This document shows positions 1 through 10,585 of a stretch of 64,000 nt of DNA, piece after piece; position 1 is the first letter of the stretch; every line of letters starts with the position of its first letter. Origin of the DNA: Bdellovibrionales bacterium. GTDB taxonomy: Bacteria > Bdellovibrionota > Bdellovibrionia > Bdellovibrionales > JAUICD01. The position numbers and the translations under genes were made by a program. The notes beneath the pieces were generated by a model, which was not told where the DNA came from, searched no databases, and worked only from the letters and a program-made list of their open reading frames with translations. The DNA is taken from positions 960,001 through 1,024,000 of the forward strand of contig OZ253553.1 in the NCBI GenBank assembly GCA_965262715.1. Direction: 5' to 3'.

Positions 1-6
1 CTTATA

Positions 7-201
7 GTGGGAGCAATAGTGTTTTTTGGATCAGGTGAAAGTGAAGCAGCAACATCTGAAGTAGAAACTGAAAATATTTTTTCTCTTGTCGTCAGCTTAA
101 CAGAAGATGAGATGATATCTTATAGAGAGTATATCCAATCTGAAAGGCAACCCTTGTTGGACTTGCAAAATGCAATAAATACCAACACACCTAGTTTTTA
201 G
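7..201 (+). CDS. 3' part of a hypothetical protein, probably starting before the window
   Basis: Open frame from the window edge, same strand as the next gene; no recognisable motif. Confidence 0.4.
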   Translation: MGAIVFFGSGESEAATSEVETENIFSLVVSLTEDEMISYREYIQSERQPLLDLQNAINTNTPSF

Positions 202-290
202 CAAACTATATTTTTAATAGTATTCATTTAAGAGAAAAGTATTCTATATGCTTTTCTCTTTTTTCAATATTCAAATGAAAGAAAAAAAGA

Positions 291-1721
291 ATGAACAAAT
301 CATCATTTATTCTAAAATTAGGATTGATTTTGCAGTTGATCTGTGTGCTTTTTCCAAAGACGATAGAAGCTCAAGATCACCTCAATGTTGAAAGCCATTT
401 AAAGGCTTATATAGAAGCTATTGCTTACGAAAAAGGCCAAACTCTTTGTTACAGTGTGGCCTATACTATAACAAATTCTCTTAATCGACATCCTATAGCC
501 TCTTCAAATCATCCATTTTATAATGATTTAAGGTATAGAAACTCTATATTGGAATGGGCCTTCTTTTTAAAACAGGATGCTTTTAAGAGTGCATTATCCA
601 GTGAAGATCAAAAATCCCTAACAAGCTTGTATGTGAAATATGCAAGTTATTTGGTCAATTCAGAAGAATTTAACACAGCTATTAAACATTGTGCTTTAGA
701 AAACAATTTAGAGCTAAAGGCTTTAGAAAGAGATATCAAAGAAAGGATTTTACATCAACAAAGAGCATCAGCAATTATAGGAGCTATTGGATCACTAGTT
801 TCCATTGAAATAGCAATAGAGCTTATAGGAGGGCCCATTTTAAGAGGAATAGGTCAAATATTTAAATGGATAAAAAATAGAATCAAAATAGGTTATGCAG
901 TTAGAGGTGATAGGTTATTTTCTTTTTATGATGGTCAAACTCAAAGACAAGCTGTGCAAGAACAAGTATCCTCAAAGGTTGAAAATAAAAACAAAGTTTT
1001 TAATGGTTACAACCAATGGATGAAAAGAGGAGTTCAGGGTTTAATTGCTATATCTTTTATGCCCACTTTCTTTGACATCTTCAATGCTATTGAAGATGTT
1101 TACACAGAACAACCTGAAGATGAACAATCGAATTTGATGTCATTTCAATCTCCATGGGGTGCCGAAAGTATGAGATGGTGGACGGTAAGATATGCTCAAT
1201 ATGAAGATAATATCATAGAAAAAAGTCTAAGTTTAAAACACCTATCAGAAAATCAATCAGATACTTTGGAGTGGGGGGCAGCATACATAGAATACATAAC
1301 CTGGTTAGATTTTTACATGGTAGATTACTGGATTATAAAACATCAGGTAGAACAAGCTAGAGTTGCTCCTGAAACCAGGAACCTTAAGAAGGTTCGTGTT
1401 TTGAGTATGGCATTACAGCTTTTTGATTTAAGGAAAAAAGAATTAGAAATGGAACTTGCTGACCTACAAAGTAGAAATACAATCAATGCAAACCACCGCA
1501 GAGAGTATCTTACAGTTTTATTTAAGCTCTTAGAAATATCTCAAGGTCTGCCATACGGTGTCTGTAATCAAGTTAGGTCTCCTTTACTTTGTAGATTTCA
1601 TCTGTTGTACACAAAAAAATATTTAGGAGAGCATTTAACTGACATGGAATATCAAGAACTACAACAACTCACTGCAAATCTAGAACAATTATTACAGCGG
1701 CCTTTTGAAAATAGTATTTAA
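291..1721 (+). CDS. Hypothetical exported protein, 476 aa
   Basis: Long ORF with signal-peptide-like N-terminus (MNKSSFILKLGLILQLICVLFPKTIEA) and an internal hydrophobic segment. Confidence 0.7.
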   Translation: MNKSSFILKLGLILQLICVLFPKTIEAQDHLNVESHLKAYIEAIAYEKGQTLCYSVAYTITNSLNRHPIASSNHPFYNDLRYRNSILEWAFFLKQDAFKSALSSEDQKSLTSLYVKYASYLVNSEEFNTAIKHCALENNLELKALERDIKERILHQQRASAIIGAIGSLVSIEIAIELIGGPILRGIGQIFKWIKNRIKIGYAVRGDRLFSFYDGQTQRQAVQEQVSSKVENKNKVFNGYNQWMKRGVQGLIAISFMPTFFDIFNAIEDVYTEQPEDEQSNLMSFQSPWGAESMRWWTVRYAQYEDNIIEKSLSLKHLSENQSDTLEWGAAYIEYITWLDFYMVDYWIIKHQVEQARVAPETRNLKKVRVLSMALQLFDLRKKELEMELADLQSRNTINANHRREYLTVLFKLLEISQGLPYGVCNQVRSPLLCRFHLLYTKKYLGEHLTDMEYQELQQLTANLEQLLQRPFENSI

Positions 1722-1844
1722 GTTTTATGAAGAAAATCTAAAGTTTATCCAACAAAATCTTTTTAGTAGAGAATATAATATATTGGCAAGATAAGAGCGC
1801 ATCCTGTGGTAAGTAGTTATACTACTGTCTTTTAGAAACTTATT

Positions 1845-2339
1845 ATGGTGATGAGTAGAAAAAACCAGGGGAATGGTAGTTTAGGAGATTTCATTATAGA
1901 GCTTTTTCACTTTTTTACTCGCATTTGCTATTTTGGAGTAAAAAATATCAACTTTAAAAGTTTTGAAACATGGTGCATTTCATTAATAACAGCAAGCTTC
2001 TTAGGAGCAATTCCATTAGGACCAATAAACTATTTGAAAAGCTCTGTGAGTGCTGTATCTCCCTCACTTCCTTTCTATTGGAAGATTTTTTTCAATATGT
2101 CACCTTTTATTCAATATACTGTGCTGCTAAGCTTGTTGGGAATAATTACTCTGTTCTTTTTTGGCTTTCGAGATTTTAGAAGGCATGTTGTATTTCAAAC
2201 AGCTATAGATTGTACCAGTCTAAAAAATTCTAAAGGAAAGGTCCCAAAGGAGAATATCGCTCTAAAGTGTTGGAGTAGGAGCTGCTACAGGTACAATAGC
2301 AGGTTCAGCTATAAAGCTAAAATAAGGGAGCGGGAATAA
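1845..2339 (+). pseudogene. Truncated membrane protein; its 3' end runs into an unrelated fragment
   Basis: Two TM-like segments; after ~2250 another frame reads as a glycine-zipper protein. Confidence 0.4.
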
Positions 2340-2606
2340 CAGGTGGCTTATTAGGAGCAGTAATAGGTGGAGCCGGTCTCTATGTCTATGCTATCCATAG
2401 TCTTCTTGAAAAAAGAGATACAAAAACAAGAAGACAAACTTTACTTAATCTTGATAAGTTTTCAGTTTCAACTCCTTCAAAAAGAAGTGAGGTTCAAGAC
2501 TTTAAATTATCTGCTCCTGATGTAAATAAAGAATGTTTTGAATGGAAGGTTAAAGGAAATAAGCTCGTTCAACAACATTGTGTGTGGAGTATTCAAGGAA
2601 ATTCCT
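2268..2606 (+). pseudogene. Frameshifted glycine-zipper protein fragment
   Basis: Manual reading across frame breaks: VGVGAATGTIAGSAIK...GAGITGGLLGAVIGGAGLYVYAIHSLLEKRD...WKVKGNKLVQQHCVWSIQGNS. Confidence 0.4.
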
Positions 2607-3030
2607 TAAAGAAACTGAAAAAATATTGAATCAGTTCATGGAATGCTCGAAAGAACTTCAATCTAGTATAGTTGACTATATGAGTCAAAGAGATAATGCA
2701 GTTAATATCCTCACAGAAAAAATCAATGTGATAGATACCCAGCTTAAAGAAGTAGATTTAGAAAGAAAACAATTTGATAAACGGCTAGATTTTTTGATTG
2801 ACGGTGAGCATACTGAAACAGATCAACTCCTCAAAGATGATTATAAAAGGCAATATTTAAGTAAAAAAATTAAAGAGCAAAAGTTGATGAAGAAAAGAGA
2901 TCAACTTCAGTTATTTCAAAAACAACTCTCTAATACACAAGATTTTGATTCTGATAAGAAAAGCTTTAAAAATATAACCAAAGCTTTTGATTATATTCAA
3001 AGAAATGATTTGGTTTCTCTTGCTCTATAA
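2578..3030 (+). pseudogene. Coiled-coil fragment, possibly the C-terminus of a large serine recombinase
   Basis: Heptad-rich (INVIDTQLKEVDLERKQFDKRLDFLIDG...YKRQY); no catalytic domain visible, so the family call is tentative. Confidence 0.3.
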
Positions 3031-3274
3031 GCAAGTTTTTATTTAAGACAAAGCAGTATATTGACGTAATAAGAGTGATTACGTGTATATACTTATTTTA
3101 GCAGTGAGTTTATAAAGCCAAGGAAAAAACGACCTTGTGTTTGGGATACTTTGTCTTAGTAAATTTAAGCAAATTATGGAAGAAAAAACCTTAAGAATCA
3201 GCCTATAGAGACCTTAAACCTAAATAAAAACTTGCTTATGTCGGGAAGCGGCGCAAGCAACGCTCGCATGGGAA

Positions 3275-3419
3275 TTAACATTGTGTCAAAAAACAAAAGG
3301 TATCTTTCCTCCTAAAAATGATCAAGCTTTCTAGGCAGTCAGCATTTTATTGACGGTGCCAACCGTCAAGCTGGCTGCCAAAAAGTAGCCAGGGGCTAGA
3401 TCATTTTTAGGGAAACTAG
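3275..3419 (-). repeat. Structured repeat family A, full copy
   Basis: Reverse complement has the same stem order as the 44.4-kb copies: aaaaatgatc/gatcattttt, tagcc/ggcta, ggcagccagc/gctgactgcc, ttgacggt/accgtcaa. Confidence 0.8.
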
Positions 3420-3490
3420 CATCCCCTATTCCTTTAGATACAAAAAATATTCTCAATCCACAATTTTCAATGAAACCAATTATTTCTACT

Positions 3491-3599
3491 AATTCCTTAA
3501 ATTTCTACCATAAAATGAGAATGTAGTGGTACAAAATCACATATCCACTGTAACTAACTAAAATAACTCAACTTTATTTTCGCAACTGTCAAACTCAAG
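3491..3599 (+). mobile_element. Solo right end of the IS1634-family element
   Basis: Near-identical to 33017-33125 including the terminal ctgtcaaactca(a/g)g. Confidence 0.85.
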
Positions 3600-3600
3600 A

Positions 3601-3972
3601 ATTTGGATAATGGTAAAGAGTTTTTATGTCATGAGAAGATCAGTGAATATACCGGATGTAAAGTTTATTTTGCACATCCTTACACTTCCTATGAGAGAGG
3701 TTTAAATGAGAACACGAATGGTTTAATCCGTCAGTATTTTCCAAAAAAGACAGATTTTAGAGAAATCACCTCTAAGGATCTAAAAAGGGTTGAGTTTCTT
3801 TTAAACCATTGCCCTTGAAAGAGTTTAGGTTTTCTAAGTCCTCATGAATTTCATAGACAGAAAATGGTTTGTTGAAATCATTATTAACTCAACTCCTACT
3901 CTCAACATCCTGGTAACAATTTATTATGAGGCAACACCCACGACACCTTAAGTTGCACTTGCGATTTGAAGT
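3601..3972 (+). pseudogene. IS30-family transposase 3' remnant with right end
   Basis: DNGKEF...YFAHPYTSYERGLNENTNGLIRQYFPK motif; premature TGA at 3816 followed by KSLGFLSPHEF; IS30-like end gttgcacttgcgatttgaa at 3952-3970. Confidence 0.85.
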
Positions 3973-4078
3973 TATATTTTGCTATTTTTACAGTATTTTA
4001 AATATAATTTCTCCTTGTGTTTTTAGATAGTTACATAAATTATTGTCGCAAAAATGTCGTAAACATGTCGTAAACTTA

Positions 4079-5185
4079 TTACAAATTGAAACCTTCTTTT
4101 AGAGTGTAAAACACCTTATGTGTTGCATCTCTAGCTATAATAACTTTTTTATCAATCATATCTTTTAAATCTCTTTGTAATGTTCTCTTGGTGATTTTGG
4201 AAGCCAATCTTCCTTTTGAAGTTTTTTTCTTAACAAGTTCCATTTTTGTACAAAGATCGTCAAAGTCTTTTGGAAAAAGTTTTTCATTTTCTAAAATATG
4301 CTCTACAATCACTTCTTGCCTCTGAGATAGATTATGATTTTGTACCAAGACATCCTTTAGAATGACTTTTTTTCCTATCTCCATAACTTCATTCATTTGA
4401 AGCAAAAAGCCTTTTACAAAATAATCCAACCAATCTGTCATATCCATATCTTTATTTTGTTCCACAGATCTGATGGCTTTGTAAAAATTTTGTCTATCCT
4501 TATCATAGTATTCACTGATAGAAAAAAGTCTTTTAAAATCATAACCTGACTTATAAAGATAAAAAGCACAGAGTAAGCGAGAGGTTCGCCCGTTACCATC
4601 TACAAAAGGGTGGATATGAACAAATTGAAATTGGATGATACCACTTTTTAAAACTGGATGAATTTTTGAATCTTGATTGATCCATTCTACAAGTTCTCTC
4701 ATAAGAGCAGGTACTTCTGTTGGTTTAGGAGGTATATAAACAATCTCCTTTGTGACCGCATTACCTATATAATTTTGTATATTTCGATACTTTCCTGGCT
4801 TAGCACTTCCTCCACGTACTCCTTTAACTAGCTCTTTGTGAATCTCTTTAATCATAAATTCTTGAATACTAACTTCTTTTTTTAAATAATCTGAGACCAA
4901 ATTAAAAGCATCTCTATAATTTTTAACTTCTTTGATGTCCTGTCTGTCAGCATTCAGAACTTGTTTTCCAGCTAAAATCTTTTTAGATTGTTCAAGAGTC
5001 AACTGTGTTCCTTCTATGTGAGTTGTATGATGTGTTTCTAAAAGTAGGGCATTTCTACTCATTTTTTTGACCCATTGATTTGAAAGATGAGCTGCTTTTA
5101 AGAAGCCTCTGGATTGCTCAATTTGCATTAAATTATTCAATATAGATTGAGTAATTTGAAATTTTGGAGAGAATTTTCTTTTCAT
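4079..5185 (-). CDS. Fic-family protein with C-terminal HTH
   Basis: Canonical HPFVDGNGRTSR motif; TKRTLQRDLKDM DeoR-like helix; start moved to ATG 5185 with SD AGGAAGG. Confidence 0.9.
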   Translation of the reverse strand: MKRKFSPKFQITQSILNNLMQIEQSRGFLKAAHLSNQWVKKMSRNALLLETHHTTHIEGTQLTLEQSKKILAGKQVLNADRQDIKEVKNYRDAFNLVSDYLKKEVSIQEFMIKEIHKELVKGVRGGSAKPGKYRNIQNYIGNAVTKEIVYIPPKPTEVPALMRELVEWINQDSKIHPVLKSGIIQFQFVHIHPFVDGNGRTSRLLCAFYLYKSGYDFKRLFSISEYYDKDRQNFYKAIRSVEQNKDMDMTDWLDYFVKGFLLQMNEVMEIGKKVILKDVLVQNHNLSQRQEVIVEHILENEKLFPKDFDDLCTKMELVKKKTSKGRLASKITKRTLQRDLKDMIDKKVIIARDATHKVFYTLKEGFNL

Positions 5186-5267
5186 TTGAGCCTTCCTAAA
5201 GTTTTTAGACCATATTTTTGGGAAACAAGCCAAAAATAGTCAGAGACCAGTTTATTTTGAGTGAAAC

Positions 5268-5344
5268 TGGCGTACCCGGCACGATTCGAACGTGCAACCA
5301 CCAGATTCGTAGTCTGGTACTCTATCCAGTTGAGCTACGGGTAC
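5268..5344 (-). tRNA. tRNA-Arg(ACG)
   Basis: GTACCCG acceptor stem, CCAGA-CTACGAA-TCTGG anticodon arm, GTTCGAATC T-loop, encoded CCA. Confidence 0.97.
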
Positions 5345-5663
5345 ATGGTCTTATATCTATTTTAGAATTTTACTTTGAAACTATCATATAAATATCAACA
5401 AGTTAACGGTTGCCAGTCTGCCCGACTGCCGGAATATTGAAATACTGGCTCAAACATACAAGAAATCTGTTTATATCTGTAAAACAAAACCTCTTCATCA
5501 TAATTTACAATACTCTAAAAGGTAAATTTTTAACAAGGCCTAACAAGAATCTATAGTAAAATAATCCTCATTATTTTTAAGATATTAAATAGGAAGTAAT
5601 ATGACGAATGGGATATTTGCAAGGAGTGAGTGGTACACAATAAGCAAGTGGTATTAAAAAATA

Positions 5664-5704
5664 AAAGGCTATGGTTAGTGTTTATCCACTCAACATAGCC
5701 TTTT
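5664..5704 (-). terminator. Intrinsic terminator after the outer-membrane protein gene
   Basis: aaaaggctatg...catagcctttt hairpin with A/T tails. Confidence 0.65.
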
Positions 5705-5742
5705 AAAAGGTATTTAAAAATTATTACTCTGCAGTTATTTCA

Positions 5743-6429
5743 TTAAAAGTGGTAACCCACTCCTATTGTGGCATAGACACCGTTAAACTTGCTATTACAA
5801 TCAAATTCTCCACTTGCATCTAGGGTATCATCTTCGGTACTACTTCCTGAACCTGATAATGAGCATTTTTTAAAAGAAAGTAAATCATAACCACCTTCTA
5901 GTTTCATTAGAAAATTAGGAGTTATTTTATACCCAACTTCTACACCTATTTGAGCAGTGAAGTTATTCCATAAAAATTCACTACTACTTATATCTAGATT
6001 AACATTAGCATTTTCACCAGTGCGAAGTGCAGAAAGATTACGATTATCACTATAATGCTTCCAAATATCCAAACCAAGAATAGGTCCCAGAAAGAGAGCA
6101 TCCATTTCAAATCTATAATTTGCTAAAAGAGCCACTCGATGCTTATTTCGCTTTCCCGATGTACTTATAGATGCATCGCCTACACTAGCTGACCCTGATG
6201 CTGATTTAGAATAAAATCGATATCTTGGCCCAATACCAAAACTAGAATTTTCATTTATAGATATACGGTAAAGAGCATCTGCACCAAAATGCCATGCACC
6301 ATCTGTTTGGAATTTTTTACCAAAATGAGCTGAAATTTCACCACTTCCATAAGCAAAAGAAGAAATTCCTAGTAAAACTGCTGAACAAATAAATAAGTTT
6401 TTAAGTAAATTTTTTTTAAATTGATTCAT
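5743..6429 (-). CDS. Outer-membrane beta-barrel protein, paralog of 20418-21065
   Basis: Signal peptide, alternating beta-strand pattern, C-terminal GVYATIGVGYHF. Confidence 0.8.
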   Translation of the reverse strand: MNQFKKNLLKNLFICSAVLLGISSFAYGSGEISAHFGKKFQTDGAWHFGADALYRISINENSSFGIGPRYRFYSKSASGSASVGDASISTSGKRNKHRVALLANYRFEMDALFLGPILGLDIWKHYSDNRNLSALRTGENANVNLDISSSEFLWNNFTAQIGVEVGYKITPNFLMKLEGGYDLLSFKKCSLSGSGSSTEDDTLDASGEFDCNSKFNGVYATIGVGYHF

Positions 6430-6766
6430 AACAATACCTCCACAAAGATTAAATAGAATTTACTTTTTGTAAAATAAAGTAAATTCTCTGTCAAAGTGAG
6501 GATATTTACAGAACCTTACAAGATTGTCTACCAAAAACTTTTACCTACAAGCTATTTTTGAAATATATGAAATATATACAATATCCAGATGCCATTTTAG
6601 CTTTTTTTGTGTAATTTTTACAAAAAACAAGGTTTTTATCGGTTTTCATTAGTCTTCATTAGAACAGAGCCTAAGAGAAAATATCTTGACCTATACAAAG
6701 TGAATTTATATTTTGAACATCTTTCTGATACACAAAAATAAATAAATGCATCAAAAGTGATACAAA

Positions 6767-7582
6767 ATGGTAACAAAAGATATTTTAAATGCTAAAATTG
6801 TTTTTCAGCAGCACATTCATGAATCATTGATGATTTTAAGAGTTTGCTTTTTACAAAATAACACTCCGCCATTTAAACCAGGTCAATTTGGCACTTTAGG
6901 CATTTTAGAAACTTACACCAAAGACAATCAGGAAAAACTTCGTTTGATCAGGCGATCCTACTCTGTAGCCTCAGCAAAAAATAAAGCCAATTATTTAGAA
7001 TACTTTATCACTAAAGTGCAAAATGGCGTATTAACAGATCAACTGTTTTCTCTAAAAACAGGAGGCTTAATTTGGATGAGTCAAAAAATCACAGGATTTT
7101 TCACCTTGGACCCTGTACCTAAAAACACTCATTTAATTTGGATTGCAACAGGCACTGGTGTGGCTCCCTTTGTGAGTATGCTCAGGTCCTCTATTTTAGA
7201 AGAAAGGCCAAACTATAAAATCATCCTTTTGCACGGAGTGCGTTATAAAAATGATTTAGGTTATGAAAAAGAATTAGAATACATCTCTCAAACAAAAAAA
7301 GATTTTTTTTATTGCCCAATTGTAAGTCGACCTGACACAACATGGAAGGAACAAAAAAAATCAATAGGAAGAGTGCAATCCTTATGGCAAAATCAACTTA
7401 TGAAAGGGTATTTTGAATTTATACCATCTCCTCAAAATGCTCACGTGATGCTATGCGGCAACCCTTATATGATTGAAGATATGTTGGTGATTTTAGAAAA
7501 ACTTAATTTTTCTATTCATACTAGAAGGCAACCTGGTAATATTCATTTTGAGAAGTATTGGACAAAAAAAAATGACTCATAA
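6767..7582 (+). CDS. fpr: Ferredoxin/flavodoxin-NADP+ reductase
   Basis: FKPGQF, RRSYSVAS, IATGTGVAPFVSM, MLCGNPYMI, EKYW motifs. Confidence 0.9.
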   Translation: MVTKDILNAKIVFQQHIHESLMILRVCFLQNNTPPFKPGQFGTLGILETYTKDNQEKLRLIRRSYSVASAKNKANYLEYFITKVQNGVLTDQLFSLKTGGLIWMSQKITGFFTLDPVPKNTHLIWIATGTGVAPFVSMLRSSILEERPNYKIILLHGVRYKNDLGYEKELEYISQTKKDFFYCPIVSRPDTTWKEQKKSIGRVQSLWQNQLMKGYFEFIPSPQNAHVMLCGNPYMIEDMLVILEKLNFSIHTRRQPGNIHFEKYWTKKNDS

Positions 7583-8336
7583 ATCCTTCTCTCCAGATTT
7601 TATAAATCATATCACTTCTACTGTGCATCAAATAAGTAACCAAGGAAAAACTTCATTAATTGCTGCTTTTGATGCAGATGGGACTTTATGGGATGCAGAT
7701 GTAGGGAATTTATTTTTTCACTATCACATGACCAATCCTCATGTAAAAATACCACAAAAGCTATGGAAAGACTATGAGGCTTTCTATTTTCATAACCCAA
7801 AGGATGCACTCACAGAGCTTGCCCTTTTAAATGCAGGACATAGCCTTCCTCAAGTGAGGAAATGGGCTAAAGATTGCTATAATCAAAATAAAAAAAAGAT
7901 CCCTATTTTCACTCCACAAATAAATCTTATCAAAACTTTACAAGATTTAAATGTTCATGTTTATATTGTAACAGCTAGCTTTAAGTGCGCTGTTGAACCT
8001 TTTGCAGAACTCTTCAATATAGATAAAGATCATGTAATTGGAACAGAATTAGAAGTTCAAGATGACCTTACACATCGAAAACTTAAAAGACTAACTTATG
8101 GTAAAGGTAAAGTTGAAGGCTTATTGCAAGAAACAAAAGGCATAAACCCTTTTTTTTCTATAGGAAATGCAATGCCTGATCAGCCGCTATTGCACATAGC
8201 CTCTCATATCAGACTAGCTATCCAATCTACAAAAAAAGATATTCATCTTTATAAAAGTGAACAAGATCTCAAGGCAGTTGCTATCAATGAAGGAACTCAA
8301 AATGGTTGGTTTCACCATCAATTTTACAATGATTAA
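7572..8336 (+). CDS. HAD-superfamily hydrolase
   Basis: AFDADGTLW, IVTAS and GKGK motifs; ATG 7572 overlaps the end of fpr. Confidence 0.85.
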   Translation: MTHKSFSPDFINHITSTVHQISNQGKTSLIAAFDADGTLWDADVGNLFFHYHMTNPHVKIPQKLWKDYEAFYFHNPKDALTELALLNAGHSLPQVRKWAKDCYNQNKKKIPIFTPQINLIKTLQDLNVHVYIVTASFKCAVEPFAELFNIDKDHVIGTELEVQDDLTHRKLKRLTYGKGKVEGLLQETKGINPFFSIGNAMPDQPLLHIASHIRLAIQSTKKDIHLYKSEQDLKAVAINEGTQNGWFHHQFYND

Positions 8337-8353
8337 ATCAGTATAAATCATTA

Positions 8354-9217
8354 CTATATGACATCTTCAACTCTTGTTATAAAATGAAGTTGAGCTTCCT
8401 TACCTATAAGGTGATTAGGAATATGATTTACCTTAATAGATATTTCTGTATTTTTAATTACAGTTGATAGTGAAGAATATTGATGATTATTTTCTAAAAT
8501 CAATTTTGCTTGAAAAGTTCCCTTTATAAGAACCTCTCTTTGACTTTGAAAAGTATATCCTTTTTGATTGTCATTTTTTTTCAGAGTTCCTCTAAGATAA
8601 AATGGCCTTCCAAGAAGCTTTGCAGCTGTAACCATATCATTATTCAAAAGCCTTTCTCTAATATATGTACTAGAGATAACCTGTTTATCTAAAACTGCAG
8701 GTGCAATTATTTGTAGTTTGATATCTTGATGAGATGTCATTTTTTTTAGCTCTGCTAGGGTTCCATGCCTTTTAAAACCAAATGCAAAATCATGGCCTAC
8801 AACAAGCACTTTTGGGCAAAAAGGTTTACAGATTGAATCTTGAAAAAATGTGTGAGCGCTTTTTTGAGCAAGTTGCTTTGAAAAAGGTTCTATAATAAGA
8901 TAATCAATACCAATTTCTCTTAAAGTATCTTTTTGATCTTGCTCGTCAAATAAAGGACAAAAAGGAGGGATAGGAGAAGATGGTGATAAAATAAACCTAG
9001 GATGAGGAAAAAATGTCATCGCTACAGAAGGAACTTGAAGTTTTTTTGAAAACTGTACAAGTTCAAATAGAAGTTTTCTATGGCCTAAATGAACTCCATC
9101 AAACTTACCTATCGTCATAACAGACCCAGAAAGTGGGGCTGATAGCTTATCAATGCCATTTAATATTTTCATAGAAGACTCGTCATAATTATCTTTTGTA
9201 AAGGCTATTAAATACAA
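8354..9217 (-). CDS. FAD synthetase (RibF-like) with degenerate riboflavin-kinase domain
   Basis: IGKFDGVHLGH, TFFPHP, VVGHDFAFG, ISSTYIR, LLGRPF; no GFPTAN motif after that. True start may be MKILNG near 9172. Confidence 0.85.
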   Translation of the reverse strand: MYLIAFTKDNYDESSMKILNGIDKLSAPLSGSVMTIGKFDGVHLGHRKLLFELVQFSKKLQVPSVAMTFFPHPRFILSPSSPIPPFCPLFDEQDQKDTLREIGIDYLIIEPFSKQLAQKSAHTFFQDSICKPFCPKVLVVGHDFAFGFKRHGTLAELKKMTSHQDIKLQIIAPAVLDKQVISSTYIRERLLNNDMVTAAKLLGRPFYLRGTLKKNDNQKGYTFQSQREVLIKGTFQAKLILENNHQYSSLSTVIKNTEISIKVNHIPNHLIGKEAQLHFITRVEDVI

Positions 9218-9360
9218 CCTATTGCCAAATTTATAATAAAAAAGCTCTATCGTTCAAAGCAAGTTATCTAAAATAAAAATTTACAGCAACTACAAATAGT
9301 GATAACAAGTGAGAAATAGTGATAACAAATATTGTGGCTATTTAATTAGGGGAGGTATTT

Positions 9361-10338
9361 GTGAAATTAGGCACACTTAAATCAAATACACCAGATGGAC
9401 AGCTTGTAGTTGTATCAAAAGATAATAAGAAGGCCTTACCCGTTAAACATATCGCGCATCATCTACAGCAGGCATTTGATGACTGGCGCAACACCTACCC
9501 ACAACTTGAAAAAGTCTATCAAAATTTGAATAATGGCACTATAAAAGGAGAAGTGAAAGTAGATGAAAATCAATTTCACTCACCACTTCCTCGTGCCTAT
9601 CAATGGGTGGATGGCTCTGCCTTTATTGAGCACATTAAGCTTGTTAGAAAAGCTCGAGGAGCAGCTCTGCCAGAGACACTAAAGACTATTCCTCTTTTAT
9701 ATCAAGGTGGAAGTGATACATTTTTAGCTCCAAGAGAAGACATCTCTTTGTTAGATACGTCTTATGGTTTAGATTTTGAAGGTGAAGTAGCTATTATCAC
9801 AGACTTTGTTCCAAGGGGAATAAGTCCTGATGCTGCTTTGAGTCATATAAAGCTACTAATGCTTTGCAATGATGTGTCTTTAAGAGCACTTATTCCTCAA
9901 GAGCTATCTATGGGGTTTGGTTTTTTTGTGAGTAAGCCATCATCTGCTTTTTCTCCATTTACTATCACCCCTGATGAACTAGGAGATCATTGGAAGAATG
10001 GCCGAGTTCATCTACCATTAGAAAGCAAATATAATGGTCAAAACTTTGGGCATCCATCAGGTAGTGAAATGTTTTTTCATTTTGGTCAATTGATTTCCAG
10101 AGCTGCAACTACACGCAATTTAGGAGCTGGAACTATAATCGGAAGTGGGACTTTTTCTAATGAGGACTCTAAAAAAGGTAGTAGCTGCTTAGCAGAACAG
10201 AGAATGCGGGAGAAAATCCAAACAGGCCAGATAAAAACACCTTTTATGAAGGATGGAGATATTCTACAAATAGAGATGCATACACCAGATGGCCACAATC
10301 TTTTTGGAACAATCCTCCAAAGAGTAAAACAAATTTAG
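9361..10338 (+). CDS. Fumarylacetoacetate hydrolase family protein
   Basis: PLPRAYQWVDGSAF, LDFEGEVA, NDVSLR, GTIIGSGT motifs; SD GGGAGG before GTG. Confidence 0.9.
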   Translation: MKLGTLKSNTPDGQLVVVSKDNKKALPVKHIAHHLQQAFDDWRNTYPQLEKVYQNLNNGTIKGEVKVDENQFHSPLPRAYQWVDGSAFIEHIKLVRKARGAALPETLKTIPLLYQGGSDTFLAPREDISLLDTSYGLDFEGEVAIITDFVPRGISPDAALSHIKLLMLCNDVSLRALIPQELSMGFGFFVSKPSSAFSPFTITPDELGDHWKNGRVHLPLESKYNGQNFGHPSGSEMFFHFGQLISRAATTRNLGAGTIIGSGTFSNEDSKKGSSCLAEQRMREKIQTGQIKTPFMKDGDILQIEMHTPDGHNLFGTILQRVKQI

Positions 10339-10346
10339 GTATTTAT

Positions 10347-10555
10347 TAGGCTGTTGACATTTTAACATAACATATTGAAATTGTTGTAAATAAAACTAAT
10401 ACTTTTTTCTTAATTTATGAAGTTTATAATTATGTCAAAAGCGAGTAGTCCTCGATCAATCGCTTATGCGATTACTTTTGCTGAAGAACTCGCCTCTTAA
10501 GCATAATTATTAAGTTTTGTAGAGCTTTTCTGCTAGTGAAATGTCAACATTCCTA
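10347..10555. mobile_element. MITE with terminal inverted repeats and a palindromic core (family C)
   Basis: taggctgttgacattt ... aaatgtcaacattccta; core 10430-10506 is homologous, reversed, to 18721-18799. Confidence 0.7.
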
Positions 10556-10585
10556 ACAATAATAAAAAAAATTAGAGGAGACACA

